Assembly: GCA_963205185.1 (NCBI GenBank)
Contig: CAUJHZ010000018.1
Span: forward strand, 123,408 to 187,407
Direction of reading: 5' to 3'
DNA: 64,000 nt
From: Planctomycetota bacterium
Lineage (GTDB): Bacteria; Planctomycetota; Phycisphaerae; Phycisphaerales; UBA5793
Part shown: in pieces, positions 54,597 through 63,882 of the stretch
Layout of the letters: each line of letters starts with the position of its first letter
How positions within the stretch are numbered: position 1 is the stretch's first letter
Made by a program: the position numbers and the translations under genes
Notes under the pieces: generated by a model
Database searches by the model: none
Seen by the model: only the letters and a program-made list of their open reading frames with translations
What the model was told of the DNA's origin: nothing

Positions 54597-57500
54597 CGAC
54601 ACCGAGCATCCATCTTCCTGTCCTGGGCCGGAACGAATGCGGCGACCACCCGGACTTGGGCGCGGTGCGCGCTGCGCCGCAGTTCTGGCGCAGCCTGGCT
54701 GAACTCGAAGATGCCAACTGGGCGCCGCACTGGCTCGTGAACGAGTTCTCCGCTGCAGCCGCCGAGTGGCGCGACGGCCCCAGCCGGCGACGATTTCTGC
54801 AACTCATGGGCGCGTCAATCGCGCTGGCCAGCTTTCCGGGATGCCGGCGGCAATCGGAGGAGAAGATCGTTCCATACGTTGATGATCCGGAGCGCACCGC
54901 CGTCGGCAAGCCGCAGTTCTTTGCCACGGTCTTCCGCCATCGCGGATTTGCGCAGGGGTTGCTTGTTGAAAGCCACGAGGGCCGCCCGACAAAGATCGAA
55001 GGCAATCCCGATCATCCATCCAGCCTTGGCGCGACGAGCACGCTTGCGCAGGCGCACGTGCTGTCGCTCTATGACCCTGACCGCTCCGAGGCGGTGCGGC
55101 AACTCGGCGAGATTCGCAAGTGGGAGTCGTTCGTGGCGGCGATCCGGGCCGCTATGAAACAGGAAGAGCCCAGCGGCGGCGCGGGCATCCGATTCCTCAC
55201 CGAGACGAGTACTTCACCCACCCTGGCCGCCCAGATGCGCTCGCTGCTGCAGCGCTATCCACAGTCAAAGTGGCACTACTACCAGCCGGTCAATTCCGAT
55301 CACGTGCTTGCCGGCGCCGAACTGGCGTTCGGTCAGCGCCTGCGGCCGCACTACCACCTTGAGCACGTCGCGGTCGGCCTGGCGGTGGATGATGATTTTC
55401 TCTTCGCGCACCCTGACAACATCCGCCTGGCGCGCGAGTTTTCCGCCGGGCGGCGCGTGCGGCGGGGAACAACGCGGATGAGCCGGTGGTACGCGCTGGA
55501 TACCCACTGCACCATTACCGGCGCTGCCTGCGATGAGCGCCTGCCGGCGCCTCGCCGCCACATCTCCAGCCTCCTCGCGGCGCTGGCGGATCGGCTCGGC
55601 ATGCGGGGCGAAAGACCCGAGAGTGAGAGCGCGCCCAGCGATGCTCAGGCGCGCTGGCTCGATGCGCTGGCTGCGGACCTCAAGGCGAATCGAGGCGCTT
55701 GCGTGGTCACTGTCGGCGATGCGCAGCCGCCGCAGGTGCACGCACTGGCGCATCGCATTAACGAACACCTCGACTCCATCGGCCGGACGGTCACGCTCAT
55801 CGAGCCGGCGGAGGCGACCGCTGGATCGCATTTCAACTCAATCCGCGACCTCGTCAGCGACATCAACTCCGGCCAGGTAAACCTGCTCTTCATTCTCGGC
55901 GGCAATCCGGCGTATGACGCGCCGGGTGAACTCGAGTTTGCCAAAGCCATGGATCACGTCGAAAGGGTGATCCACGTCGGGCAGTACGTGGATGAAACGG
56001 CGCGGCGCAGCGAATGGCACATCCCGCTCTCGCACGATCTGGAAGCATGGTCCGACGCTCGCGCGGCAGATGGCACGGCGAGCATCGTTCAGCCGCTCAT
56101 CGAGCCGCTCTACTTCTCGAGATCGCTCCACCAGATGCTGGCAATGCTCATGGATGAGCCCTCCGACGACGGGCACGCCATCGTCCAGAACTACTGGCGG
56201 CAGTGGTGGGAGAGCGGCAAAGGCGCCGGGGAGGAGGGCGAGGGCGAGACGCAGACCGACGGCGGTCCGACTGCGTTCACTCTGCGCTGGCGGCGATGGC
56301 TGCACGATGGATTCATTCCGGGTACCGCCGCTGAGCACGTGCGGCCGGCGCTGCAGGCAGTTGAAGCACAGACGAGTGAGCCGGCCGGACTTTCGGGCAT
56401 GGCGGGTGCGCGAGGAGGGTCGGGCATCCTGCTCGACGTGCAACTGGCACCCGATTACTCGGTGTGGGACGGGCGATTCTGCAATAACGCCTGGCTGCAG
56501 GAACTGCCGCGCCCTTGGACCAAGATCACCTGGGACAACGCGCTGCTCATCGCGCCCGCCGACGCGGAGGAACATGAACTCGAGACCGATGACGTCGTGG
56601 AGATTTCCGTCGGCGGCCGAACCGTCGCGGCGGCCGTAGCGGTGGCGCCGGGCCACCCGCGCGGCGCGGCGACGCTGCAACTGGGTTACGGCCGCGGAGC
56701 GGCCGGGCGCGTTGGGAACGACGTTGGCTCGAACGCCTATCCGATCTTTCCAGCGAGCGGCACATTCGTTCAGCCCGCTGCGGTCGTGCGGCGCACCGAC
56801 CGCCGCCATCGACTCGTCGTGACGCAGGAACATCATTCGATGGAGGGGCGCGACCTCGTCCGCGTCGCGAGCCTTGAGGAGTTCATGCGACTCGGCGGCG
56901 CCATCGGGGCACAGCCTCACGGCCGTTCCGCGCCCCTCTACCCCGAGGCGCCCGAAGGCCTGGGGCAGTCGGAGAACGCCTGGGGCATGTCGATCGACCT
57001 GAGCGCCTGCATCGGTTGCAATGCGTGCACCATCGCGTGCCAGGCGGAGAACAACATCCCGGTGGTCGGCCGCGAGCAGGTGGACATGGGCCGCGAGATG
57101 CACTGGATCCGGGTGGACGGCTATTTTGAGGGACACCGCGACAACCCGCTCGTGCACCATCAGCCCGTGCCGTGCATGCACTGCGAAAGGGCGCCGTGCG
57201 AGGTCGTGTGTCCCGTGGCCGCGACGGTGCACAGCAATGACGGGCTCAACGAGATGGTGTACAACCGCTGCGTCGGAACGCGCTACTGCTCGAACAACTG
57301 CCCGTACAAAGTGCGCCGGTTCAACTTCCTTCTCTACAACGACTGGGATGATCCACTCGCGGCGATGCAGCACAACCCGAATGTTTCGGTGCGCAACCGC
57401 GGGGTGATGGAGAAGTGCACCTACTGCGTGCAGCGCATCCGATCGGCGGAGATCGAAGCGCGAAAGGACAACCGGAGAATCCGAGACGGCGAAGTAGTTA

Positions 57501-57703
57501 CCGCGTGCCAGGCTGTCTGCCCGACGCAGGCGATCGTGTTCGGCAACCTGCGCGATGAGGACAGTGCGGTGAGCCAGGCCAAGGCGCAGCCGCACGACTA
57601 CGCGCTGCTGGAGGAACTGAACACCCGGCCGCGCACGACGTATCTGGCGCGGGTCCGCAATCCGAACAGCGATGCGCAGACGGGCGGCGGGCATGGCCGC
57701 TGA
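54593..57703 (+). CDS. actB: Alternative Complex III subunit ActB (fused molybdopterin-like and Fe-S domains)
   Basis: ATG 54593 overlaps the actA stop (ATGA). Tat motif SRRRFLQLMGASIALA. Ferredoxin-type clusters CIGCNACTIAC, CMHCERAPCEVVCP, CVGTRYCSNNCP, CTYCVQR. Confidence 0.92.
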   Translation: MTTPSIHLPVLGRNECGDHPDLGAVRAAPQFWRSLAELEDANWAPHWLVNEFSAAAAEWRDGPSRRRFLQLMGASIALASFPGCRRQSEEKIVPYVDDPERTAVGKPQFFATVFRHRGFAQGLLVESHEGRPTKIEGNPDHPSSLGATSTLAQAHVLSLYDPDRSEAVRQLGEIRKWESFVAAIRAAMKQEEPSGGAGIRFLTETSTSPTLAAQMRSLLQRYPQSKWHYYQPVNSDHVLAGAELAFGQRLRPHYHLEHVAVGLAVDDDFLFAHPDNIRLAREFSAGRRVRRGTTRMSRWYALDTHCTITGAACDERLPAPRRHISSLLAALADRLGMRGERPESESAPSDAQARWLDALAADLKANRGACVVTVGDAQPPQVHALAHRINEHLDSIGRTVTLIEPAEATAGSHFNSIRDLVSDINSGQVNLLFILGGNPAYDAPGELEFAKAMDHVERVIHVGQYVDETARRSEWHIPLSHDLEAWSDARAADGTASIVQPLIEPLYFSRSLHQMLAMLMDEPSDDGHAIVQNYWRQWWESGKGAGEEGEGETQTDGGPTAFTLRWRRWLHDGFIPGTAAEHVRPALQAVEAQTSEPAGLSGMAGARGGSGILLDVQLAPDYSVWDGRFCNNAWLQELPRPWTKITWDNALLIAPADAEEHELETDDVVEISVGGRTVAAAVAVAPGHPRGAATLQLGYGRGAAGRVGNDVGSNAYPIFPASGTFVQPAAVVRRTDRRHRLVVTQEHHSMEGRDLVRVASLEEFMRLGGAIGAQPHGRSAPLYPEAPEGLGQSENAWGMSIDLSACIGCNACTIACQAENNIPVVGREQVDMGREMHWIRVDGYFEGHRDNPLVHHQPVPCMHCERAPCEVVCPVAATVHSNDGLNEMVYNRCVGTRYCSNNCPYKVRRFNFLLYNDWDDPLAAMQHNPNVSVRNRGVMEKCTYCVQRIRSAEIEARKDNRRIRDGEVVTACQAVCPTQAIVFGNLRDEDSAVSQAKAQPHDYALLEELNTRPRTTYLARVRNPNSDAQTGGGHGR

Positions 57704-59105
57704 GAGCCAGTTCCAACCGCACCCGGCTCAAATGCAGCCTGCCAAGCCGCGGCGGAGCGGGTCGCGCGTCATCCGCCCGGGGATGACGTACGCGTCAGTC
57801 ACGGACAAGATCAGTTCCATCGTGCTGACGCGACCGGTGGACTGGATCTGGCTGCTGGGCTTCGCGGTCTCGTTCCTGCTGACGATGATGCTCATCGGCG
57901 CGATTTCCTACCTGCTGGCGGTCGGAGTCGGCGTATGGGGCATCGACATTCCGGTGGCATGGGGATTTGCGATCATCAACTTCGTCTGGTGGATCGGCAT
58001 CGGCCACGCCGGCACGCTCATCTCCGCCATCCTGCTGTTGCTGCGACAGGATTGGCGCACGTCCATCAACCGGTTCGCCGAAGCGATGACGATCTTCGCG
58101 GTGGGCTGCGCGGCGCTGTTTCCGCTGCTGCACCTCGGGCGGCCGTCGCGCTTCTACTGGCTGCTGCCATACCCCAACACGCTGGGGCTCTGGCCGCAGT
58201 GGCGCAGCCCGCTCGTGTGGGACGTGTTTGCCGTGAGCACGTATGGCACGGTTTCACTCATCTTCTTTTACTTCGGGCTCGTGCCCGACCTGGCGATGCT
58301 GCGAGACCGCTCGACGAGCAAACTCGGGCAGATCGTCTACGGGCTGCTCGCTCTGGGCTGGCGCGGCTCGGCGGTGCACTGGAAGCGCTACCACCGGGCC
58401 TACGTGCTGCTGGCGGCGCTCGCCACGCCGCTGGTCATCTCCGTGCACAGTATCGTCGGCCTCGATTTTGCCGTCGCCATTGTGCCCGGCTGGCACAACA
58501 CGCTCTTTCCGCCCTATTTCGTCGCCGGGGCGATCTACTCGGGCTTTGCCATGGTGCTCACGCTCACCATTCCGCTGCGCTGGATGTACGGCCTGCATGG
58601 CTTCATCACCGAGCATCACCTCGACAACATGGCCAAGGTCATGCTCGGCACCGGCCTGATCGTTGCGTACGGCTACGCGATGGAAGTGTTCATGTCGTGG
58701 TACTCGGGCAGCGAGTTCGAAACCTACATGATGCACAATCGCGCTACGGGTCCCTATGCGCCGCAGTTCTGGCTGCTGGTGTCGTGCAACGTGATTGCGC
58801 CGCAACTGCTCTGGTTCAAGCGTTTCCGCACGAACGTGCCGGCTCTGTTCATCATGTCGCTGATCGTGAACGTGGGCATGTGGCTCGAACGCTACATCAT
58901 CGTCGTGACGAGCCTGCACCGGGATTATCTTCCCTCGTCGTGGGGCATGTACTCCGCCACGAAGCACGACTGGATGCTCTATGTCGGCACGATCGGCCTG
59001 TTTGTCTGTCTCGTGTTTCTGTTTATTCGCTTCCTGCCGATGATCGCGACGTTCGAGATGCGCGAGTTGTTGCATGGCCATTCACAGGCTGAGGAGGAGC
59101 ATTGA
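57693..59105 (+). CDS. actC: Alternative Complex III subunit ActC (NrfD/PsrC-like quinol-interacting membrane subunit)
   Basis: About 10 predicted TM helices with the NrfD-like pattern. Overlaps the actB 3' end by 11 nt. Confidence 0.9.
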   Translation: MAAESQFQPHPAQMQPAKPRRSGSRVIRPGMTYASVTDKISSIVLTRPVDWIWLLGFAVSFLLTMMLIGAISYLLAVGVGVWGIDIPVAWGFAIINFVWWIGIGHAGTLISAILLLLRQDWRTSINRFAEAMTIFAVGCAALFPLLHLGRPSRFYWLLPYPNTLGLWPQWRSPLVWDVFAVSTYGTVSLIFFYFGLVPDLAMLRDRSTSKLGQIVYGLLALGWRGSAVHWKRYHRAYVLLAALATPLVISVHSIVGLDFAVAIVPGWHNTLFPPYFVAGAIYSGFAMVLTLTIPLRWMYGLHGFITEHHLDNMAKVMLGTGLIVAYGYAMEVFMSWYSGSEFETYMMHNRATGPYAPQFWLLVSCNVIAPQLLWFKRFRTNVPALFIMSLIVNVGMWLERYIIVVTSLHRDYLPSSWGMYSATKHDWMLYVGTIGLFVCLVFLFIRFLPMIATFEMRELLHGHSQAEEEH

Positions 59106-59695
59106 TGGCTGAGCATCCGGCTCATCGTCCTCCCACGGACACCCTGCTGCCGGGCATCGTCGGGTTGTACGGCTTGTTGGCTGAATACGCCGAGCCGGAT
59201 GAGGTCGTTGCGGCGGCGCGGCGGGCGCATGACGCGGGCTACCGCCGGCTTGATGCGTTCGCGCCGTTTCCGATTGACGAACTCTCGCATGCGGTCGGAA
59301 AGCCGCGCACGCGCCTGCCGCTGATCACGCTCGCGGGCGGCGCGGTGGGCGCGCTGGGGGGTTACGGAATGCAGTACTGGACGTCCGTCTTCGACTTTCC
59401 GCTCAATGTGGGCGGCCGGCCGCTGCACAGTTGGCCGGCTTTCATTCCAATCACGTTCGAACTCACCATCCTGTGCGCAGCGATCGCCACAGTCGCCGGC
59501 ATGTGCATTCTGAACCGGCTGCCCACGCCGCATCATCCGCTCTTTGACGTACCCGCGTTTGCGCGCGCCACGCAGGATCGTTTCTTCCTGTGCATCGAGA
59601 GCACGGATGAGCAGTTCGATAAGGCCGGGACGCGGCGATTGCTTGAATCGACGAATCCGGTGGACATCTACGAGGTGCCGTCATGGCGCACGTGA
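59105..59695 (+). CDS. actD: Alternative Complex III subunit ActD (DUF3341)
   Basis: ATG shares one nucleotide with the actC stop (TGATG). Blocks GLLAEY..PDEVVAAARRAHDAGYRRLDAF.PFPI and two TM helices. Confidence 0.85.
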   Translation: MAEHPAHRPPTDTLLPGIVGLYGLLAEYAEPDEVVAAARRAHDAGYRRLDAFAPFPIDELSHAVGKPRTRLPLITLAGGAVGALGGYGMQYWTSVFDFPLNVGGRPLHSWPAFIPITFELTILCAAIATVAGMCILNRLPTPHHPLFDVPAFARATQDRFFLCIESTDEQFDKAGTRRLLESTNPVDIYEVPSWRT

Positions 59696-60321
59696 ACATG
59701 ACCGGCTGCCGTAGGAGTCTGATGCAGCCGTCAGGATGGCTCGCCGCCATGGTGCTGCTGACGCTCTCTGCGTGCGACGATCCGATGGCCAACCAGCCGC
59801 ACCACGAGCCGCTCGAGCGCAGTGCGTTCTACGCAGACCAACGCGCCTCGCGTCACACTGTCGAAGGAACCGTCGCGCGCGGACAACTGGACGATGATCG
59901 CTATCTCACCGACTATCGCGGCCCGGACGATCCGCTGCCCATCGACGTCAGCCTGGCGACTCTGGAGCGCGGCCGTGAGCGCTTCGAGATCAACTGCATC
60001 ATGTGCCACGGCGGGGCGGGAGACGGGCGGGGCATCGTGCCGGCGCGGGGATACACGACGCCCACCTCGTACCACATTGATCGCTTGCGCGAGGCCCCGC
60101 TGTCGCACTTTGTGCGCGTCATGGAAAAGGGCGCCGGCAACATGCCTTCCTACGCAGCGCAGGTCGCCCCGCGCGACCGATGGGCCATCGCGCTCTACAT
60201 CCGCGCCCTGCAACTCAGCCAGCACGCGCCGGCATCGGCACTCTCGCCCGAGGATCTGGAGGCAATCGAAACAGGCGCTGCAGCAGCAGCCAATGAAACG
60301 CCGGAGTCGAGTGAGCCGTGA
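59683..60321 (+). CDS. actE: Alternative Complex III subunit ActE (monoheme cytochrome c lipoprotein)
   Basis: Lipobox LLTLSAC. Single heme motif CIMCHG and MPSY block. Overlaps the actD 3' end. Confidence 0.85.
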   Translation: MAHVNMTGCRRSLMQPSGWLAAMVLLTLSACDDPMANQPHHEPLERSAFYADQRASRHTVEGTVARGQLDDDRYLTDYRGPDDPLPIDVSLATLERGRERFEINCIMCHGGAGDGRGIVPARGYTTPTSYHIDRLREAPLSHFVRVMEKGAGNMPSYAAQVAPRDRWAIALYIRALQLSQHAPASALSPEDLEAIETGAAAAANETPESSEP

Positions 60322-61496
60322 CGATCGAAACCGCACAACATCAGCAGCACCAGGATCGCTGGAACCGCCTTCGCCTCCCGGCGCTGATGGTCGGCGGAGT
60401 TGGAGTGATCTCGCTGGCGATTCTTGCGTGCTTCGATGGGCGCGCTGCGGCCGAGGGCTGGCTGGTCGGCACGATCTTCTGGTGGTCGGCATCCATAGGC
60501 GCCCTGGCGATTCTCGGCCTGCATCACCTGACCGGTGGCGCGTGGGCGGCGGCAATCCGCACCGAATTGCGATGCGCCGCCGTGTGTACGCTGGTCGCGG
60601 CGGTCGCATTCATTCCGTTTCTCATTGCGCCAGGCGCCGTCTACGAATGGGCGACTGAAGAAGGCAGCGCAGGGCTGCCGCCGGAGCGGGCGGCCTGGCT
60701 CTCGCCCTGGTGGTTCCGCCTGCGTGTGATGATCTACTTCGCATGCTGGGGCGGCTTTGCCATGCTGCTGATGTCGCGGCGACTCCGGCCTGCAATGACG
60801 CGTTTTGAGTACCGGCGGCCGATGCGGGCGGCCATCGGCCTGGTGGTTCTCGTCTTCGCGACCTCGCTGGCGGCGGTGGACTGGCTCATGTCTCTCGATG
60901 CGCATTGGTACTCCACCGGCTTCGGGCTCTACATCCTCGCCGGCTGCGCGCTGAGCGGCTATGCGACGACCCTTGCCGCCATCGGCCTCGATCCCGGCGG
61001 CGCGGCGCTGCTCCGAAGCGAATCGCCCCAGTTGCGGCGCGACCAGGGCAACTTCCTGCTCGTGCTCGTGATCTTCTGGGCGTACATCGCCTTCACCCAG
61101 TACCTGATCATCTGGTCGGGCGATCTGCACGAAGACGTGGCCTGGTTCGTAGCGCGAACCACTGGAAACTGGAAATACATCGGCATCGGCCTGATCGTGA
61201 TGCACTTTGCCGTGCCTTTCCTCGTGCTGCTGTCTGATCACATCAAGGAGTCACCGCGCGCACTCGGCTGGGTGGCGCTGGGCGTGCTCGGGCTTCATTT
61301 CATCGAGACGCTCTGGATCATCGCGCCGTCGCTGCCGCGGCATGACGAGATGGCTGTGCAGTGGCAGGACCTCGTTGCCGTGCTGGCCCTGGGAGGCTTC
61401 TGGTTTGCCGCGTTTGCCTGGCAGATGGGTTCGGCGCCGCGATTCGAACCGCAGTTGGTCCCGCAGAGAGAGCCGGCCTGGGAGGCGACCAAGTGA
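60318..61496 (+). CDS. actF: Alternative Complex III subunit ActF (NrfD-like membrane subunit)
   Basis: GTG overlaps the actE stop (GTGA). Polytopic membrane protein in the canonical position. Confidence 0.85.
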   Translation: MTIETAQHQQHQDRWNRLRLPALMVGGVGVISLAILACFDGRAAAEGWLVGTIFWWSASIGALAILGLHHLTGGAWAAAIRTELRCAAVCTLVAAVAFIPFLIAPGAVYEWATEEGSAGLPPERAAWLSPWWFRLRVMIYFACWGGFAMLLMSRRLRPAMTRFEYRRPMRAAIGLVVLVFATSLAAVDWLMSLDAHWYSTGFGLYILAGCALSGYATTLAAIGLDPGGAALLRSESPQLRRDQGNFLLVLVIFWAYIAFTQYLIIWSGDLHEDVAWFVARTTGNWKYIGIGLIVMHFAVPFLVLLSDHIKESPRALGWVALGVLGLHFIETLWIIAPSLPRHDEMAVQWQDLVAVLALGGFWFAAFAWQMGSAPRFEPQLVPQREPAWEATK

Positions 61497-61969
61497 TGTC
61501 TTCTCCAGCGCCCGCCAGCCACGAGCCACGCACGGCGCGCGAGTACGCGACGCAGTCCAGCCACGCGCCGGAGGGGACTGAGGTGCCCGTGGTATACATC
61601 ACTGCGGCGGCGCTGCTCACGCTGGTCATCCTGACGCTGCTTGGCGTCGGACTGCTGACGCGGCTGTTCGCCGCCCGATTGCCCAGTGCCGCAGATTCAC
61701 TCCAGCAGTGGGAGTCGCCGGCTCCGCAACTTCCCGGCCAGCCCGCGGCCGGATTCGTGCGCCGCCGTCTCGAGCAGCGCGCCGATGCGCTGCTGAGCGG
61801 GTACGCGTGGCTCAGCGAAGAGCACGAAGCGGCGCGGATTCCGATCGATCGAGCCATGCGCCTGATTGCCCAAGACGCCTCGCTCATCGGGCCGGTGAAT
61901 GGACCGCCCCCCGTAGATCAGATGCAGCCGCAACCTGAGCAGAGCCCAGTCGAGGAGCAATCGCCATGA
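61496..61969 (+). CDS. Hypothetical single-TM protein coupled between actF and SCO1
   Basis: ATG shares one nucleotide with the actF stop (TGATG), and its stop overlaps the SCO1 start (ATGA). One TM (VVYITAAALLTLVILTLLGVGLL) and a Pro/Gln-rich C-terminus. Confidence 0.55.
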   Translation: MSSPAPASHEPRTAREYATQSSHAPEGTEVPVVYITAAALLTLVILTLLGVGLLTRLFAARLPSAADSLQQWESPAPQLPGQPAAGFVRRRLEQRADALLSGYAWLSEEHEAARIPIDRAMRLIAQDASLIGPVNGPPPVDQMQPQPEQSPVEEQSP

Positions 61970-62856
61970 GCCACACTCGCAGGCATCTTCAGTGCAGCCT
62001 GGCGGCTGCTGCGCTCTTCAGCCTGGCCGGTTTGACGCGCGGCCAGGATGTCGGCGCGACCGGCACTGCGGATCGGACGATCGCCAATCGAGCTACGACG
62101 GATATCCGCTTCGAGCAGCGCCTGGGCCAGACGATACCGGCCGGACTCACGTTTGTGGACTGCACCGGTGAGAGCGTCGAACTCGACTCCCTGCTGAGCG
62201 CCAGACCCACCGTGCTCATGATGGCGTACTACCGCTGCCCGATGCTCTGCACGCTCGTGCTCAATGCCGCGGTGGATGCGCTCAAGGAGATCTCCCTCCA
62301 GCCGGGCGATGACTACTCAATTGTGGTGATCTCGATCGATCCGCGCGAAACACCTGAACTCGCGGCTCAGAACCAGCGGGTATTCGTCGATCGGTTCGAC
62401 GGCGACGTCGATGCACAAGGCGTGCACTTTCTGACCGGGCGCAAGGCGGAAATCGACGCCGCGGCAAGCGCCGTCGGCTTCCGCTACGTGTTCGATCCCG
62501 ACTCGGGGCAGTTTGCCCACCCAAGCGGCATCGTCATCGTCACGCCGCAACGCACCGTTTCGAAGTACTTTCTCGGAATCGACTATGCGCCGCGCGACGT
62601 GCGGCTCGGATTGGTCGAGGCATCGCAGGGCCGCACCGGCACCGTCGTGGACCAGGTGCTGCTTCTGTGCTACCAGTACGACCCCACGACGGGCAAGTAC
62701 GGCCTGATCATCACCAATGTGTTGCGTCTGGGCGGGATGCTGACAGTCGTGGTCATCTTCGGCGGCGTGTCGCTGCTGCTTTGGCGCGAGCACCGGCGCC
62801 GCCCCGATGATCCCGATGCACCCACTGCTCTGCAAGTCGAAGGGCCGGTGGCCTGA
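61966..62856 (+). CDS. SCO1/SenC family copper chaperone (thioredoxin fold) with C-terminal TM
   Basis: Signal sequence and CxxxC copper motif (YYRCPMLCTLV). Position immediately upstream of cox genes. Confidence 0.85.
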   Translation: MSHTRRHLQCSLAAAALFSLAGLTRGQDVGATGTADRTIANRATTDIRFEQRLGQTIPAGLTFVDCTGESVELDSLLSARPTVLMMAYYRCPMLCTLVLNAAVDALKEISLQPGDDYSIVVISIDPRETPELAAQNQRVFVDRFDGDVDAQGVHFLTGRKAEIDAAASAVGFRYVFDPDSGQFAHPSGIVIVTPQRTVSKYFLGIDYAPRDVRLGLVEASQGRTGTVVDQVLLLCYQYDPTTGKYGLIITNVLRLGGMLTVVVIFGGVSLLLWREHRRRPDDPDAPTALQVEGPVA

Positions 62857-63872
62857 TGTGGGATTTTCCGCTGTTTCCGGAGTCGGCTTCCAACCTCGCC
62901 GGGCGCGTGGACGCGGTGTACTTCGCCCTGGTGCTCTTCATGGCGGTGATCATTGCGCTGGTCTGCTTCCTGGTCGTGTTCTTCTCGGTGCGCTACCGCA
63001 AGGGTTCGCGCCACAACCGCGCCATGAAGCCGGCCTCGGCGCTGGTGGAACTCGTCTGGTCAATTCCGCTGTTTACCGTCGCGCTGGGGATCTTCACCTG
63101 GGCCGGGAAAGTATATTTCGACATGCGCACCATGCCGGATTCGGCGCTGCAGATCTACGTTTTCGCCAAGCAGTGGATGTGGAAGTTTGAACACGCCGAC
63201 GGCCGGCGCGAGATCAACGACCTGCACCTGCCCGTGGGCGAGGCGGTGCGCCTGACCATGACGAGCGAAGACGTGATTCACAGCCTCTACATCCCCGCCT
63301 TCCGCGTCAAGATGGATGTGCTGCCCGACACCTACCACGAGCAGTGGTTCACGCCCACGCGCGTGGGCACGTATCACCTCTTCTGCGCCGAGTACTGCGG
63401 CACCGAGCACTCGCAGATGCGCGGCCGGGTGATCGTGATGTCGCGCGGCGACTACCAGGAGTGGCTGGCGGGGCGCGGCATCGCCGCGGGCAACGAGGTG
63501 CTCGGCGAGATGACCGGCGCCGACCTGCTCGATCACTTCAGGTGCCTGACGTGCCACGAAGCCGGCGGGGCGATTCAGGCGCCGTCGCTGACGGGAATCT
63601 GGGGCCGCCGCGTGCCGCTCTCCGACGGCACCTCAGTGATTGTGGATGAGCAGTACGTGCGCGAATCCATTCTCGAACCGCAGGCCAAGGTCGTGGCGGG
63701 ATATCCGCCGGTTATGCCGACTTATCGCGGCCAGATTTCGGAATCGCAGATCTCCCAACTCATCGAGTTCATCAGGAAGTCCGGCGTCAACCGAGCCACC
63801 GCCGAGACTTCACCGGCGCCAGTGGACGGGAATGTCGGCGGCGGACAGTCAGACACGGGGGAGAGGAAGTGA
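62856..63872 (+). CDS. coxB: Cytochrome c oxidase subunit II with fused C-terminal cytochrome c domain (caa3-type)
   Basis: Two TM helices. CuA site H...CAEYCGTEHSQM. C-terminal heme motif CLTCH. ATG shares one nucleotide with the SCO1 stop. Confidence 0.92.
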   Translation: MWDFPLFPESASNLAGRVDAVYFALVLFMAVIIALVCFLVVFFSVRYRKGSRHNRAMKPASALVELVWSIPLFTVALGIFTWAGKVYFDMRTMPDSALQIYVFAKQWMWKFEHADGRREINDLHLPVGEAVRLTMTSEDVIHSLYIPAFRVKMDVLPDTYHEQWFTPTRVGTYHLFCAEYCGTEHSQMRGRVIVMSRGDYQEWLAGRGIAAGNEVLGEMTGADLLDHFRCLTCHEAGGAIQAPSLTGIWGRRVPLSDGTSVIVDEQYVRESILEPQAKVVAGYPPVMPTYRGQISESQISQLIEFIRKSGVNRATAETSPAPVDGNVGGGQSDTGERK

Positions 63873-63882
63873 GCGCAGTCCC

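Noticed and set aside
55838-57694. 618-aa minus-strand ORF
   Set aside because: Fully antisense to actB, which has Tat and Fe-S motifs. The product is Arg/Ala/Val/His-rich with no motifs. This is a typical GC-rich shadow ORF.
57935-59092. 385-aa plus-strand ORF in an alternative frame of actC
   Set aside because: Same strand but out of frame with the NrfD-like membrane protein. The product is Arg/His/Ala-rich and not hydrophobic.
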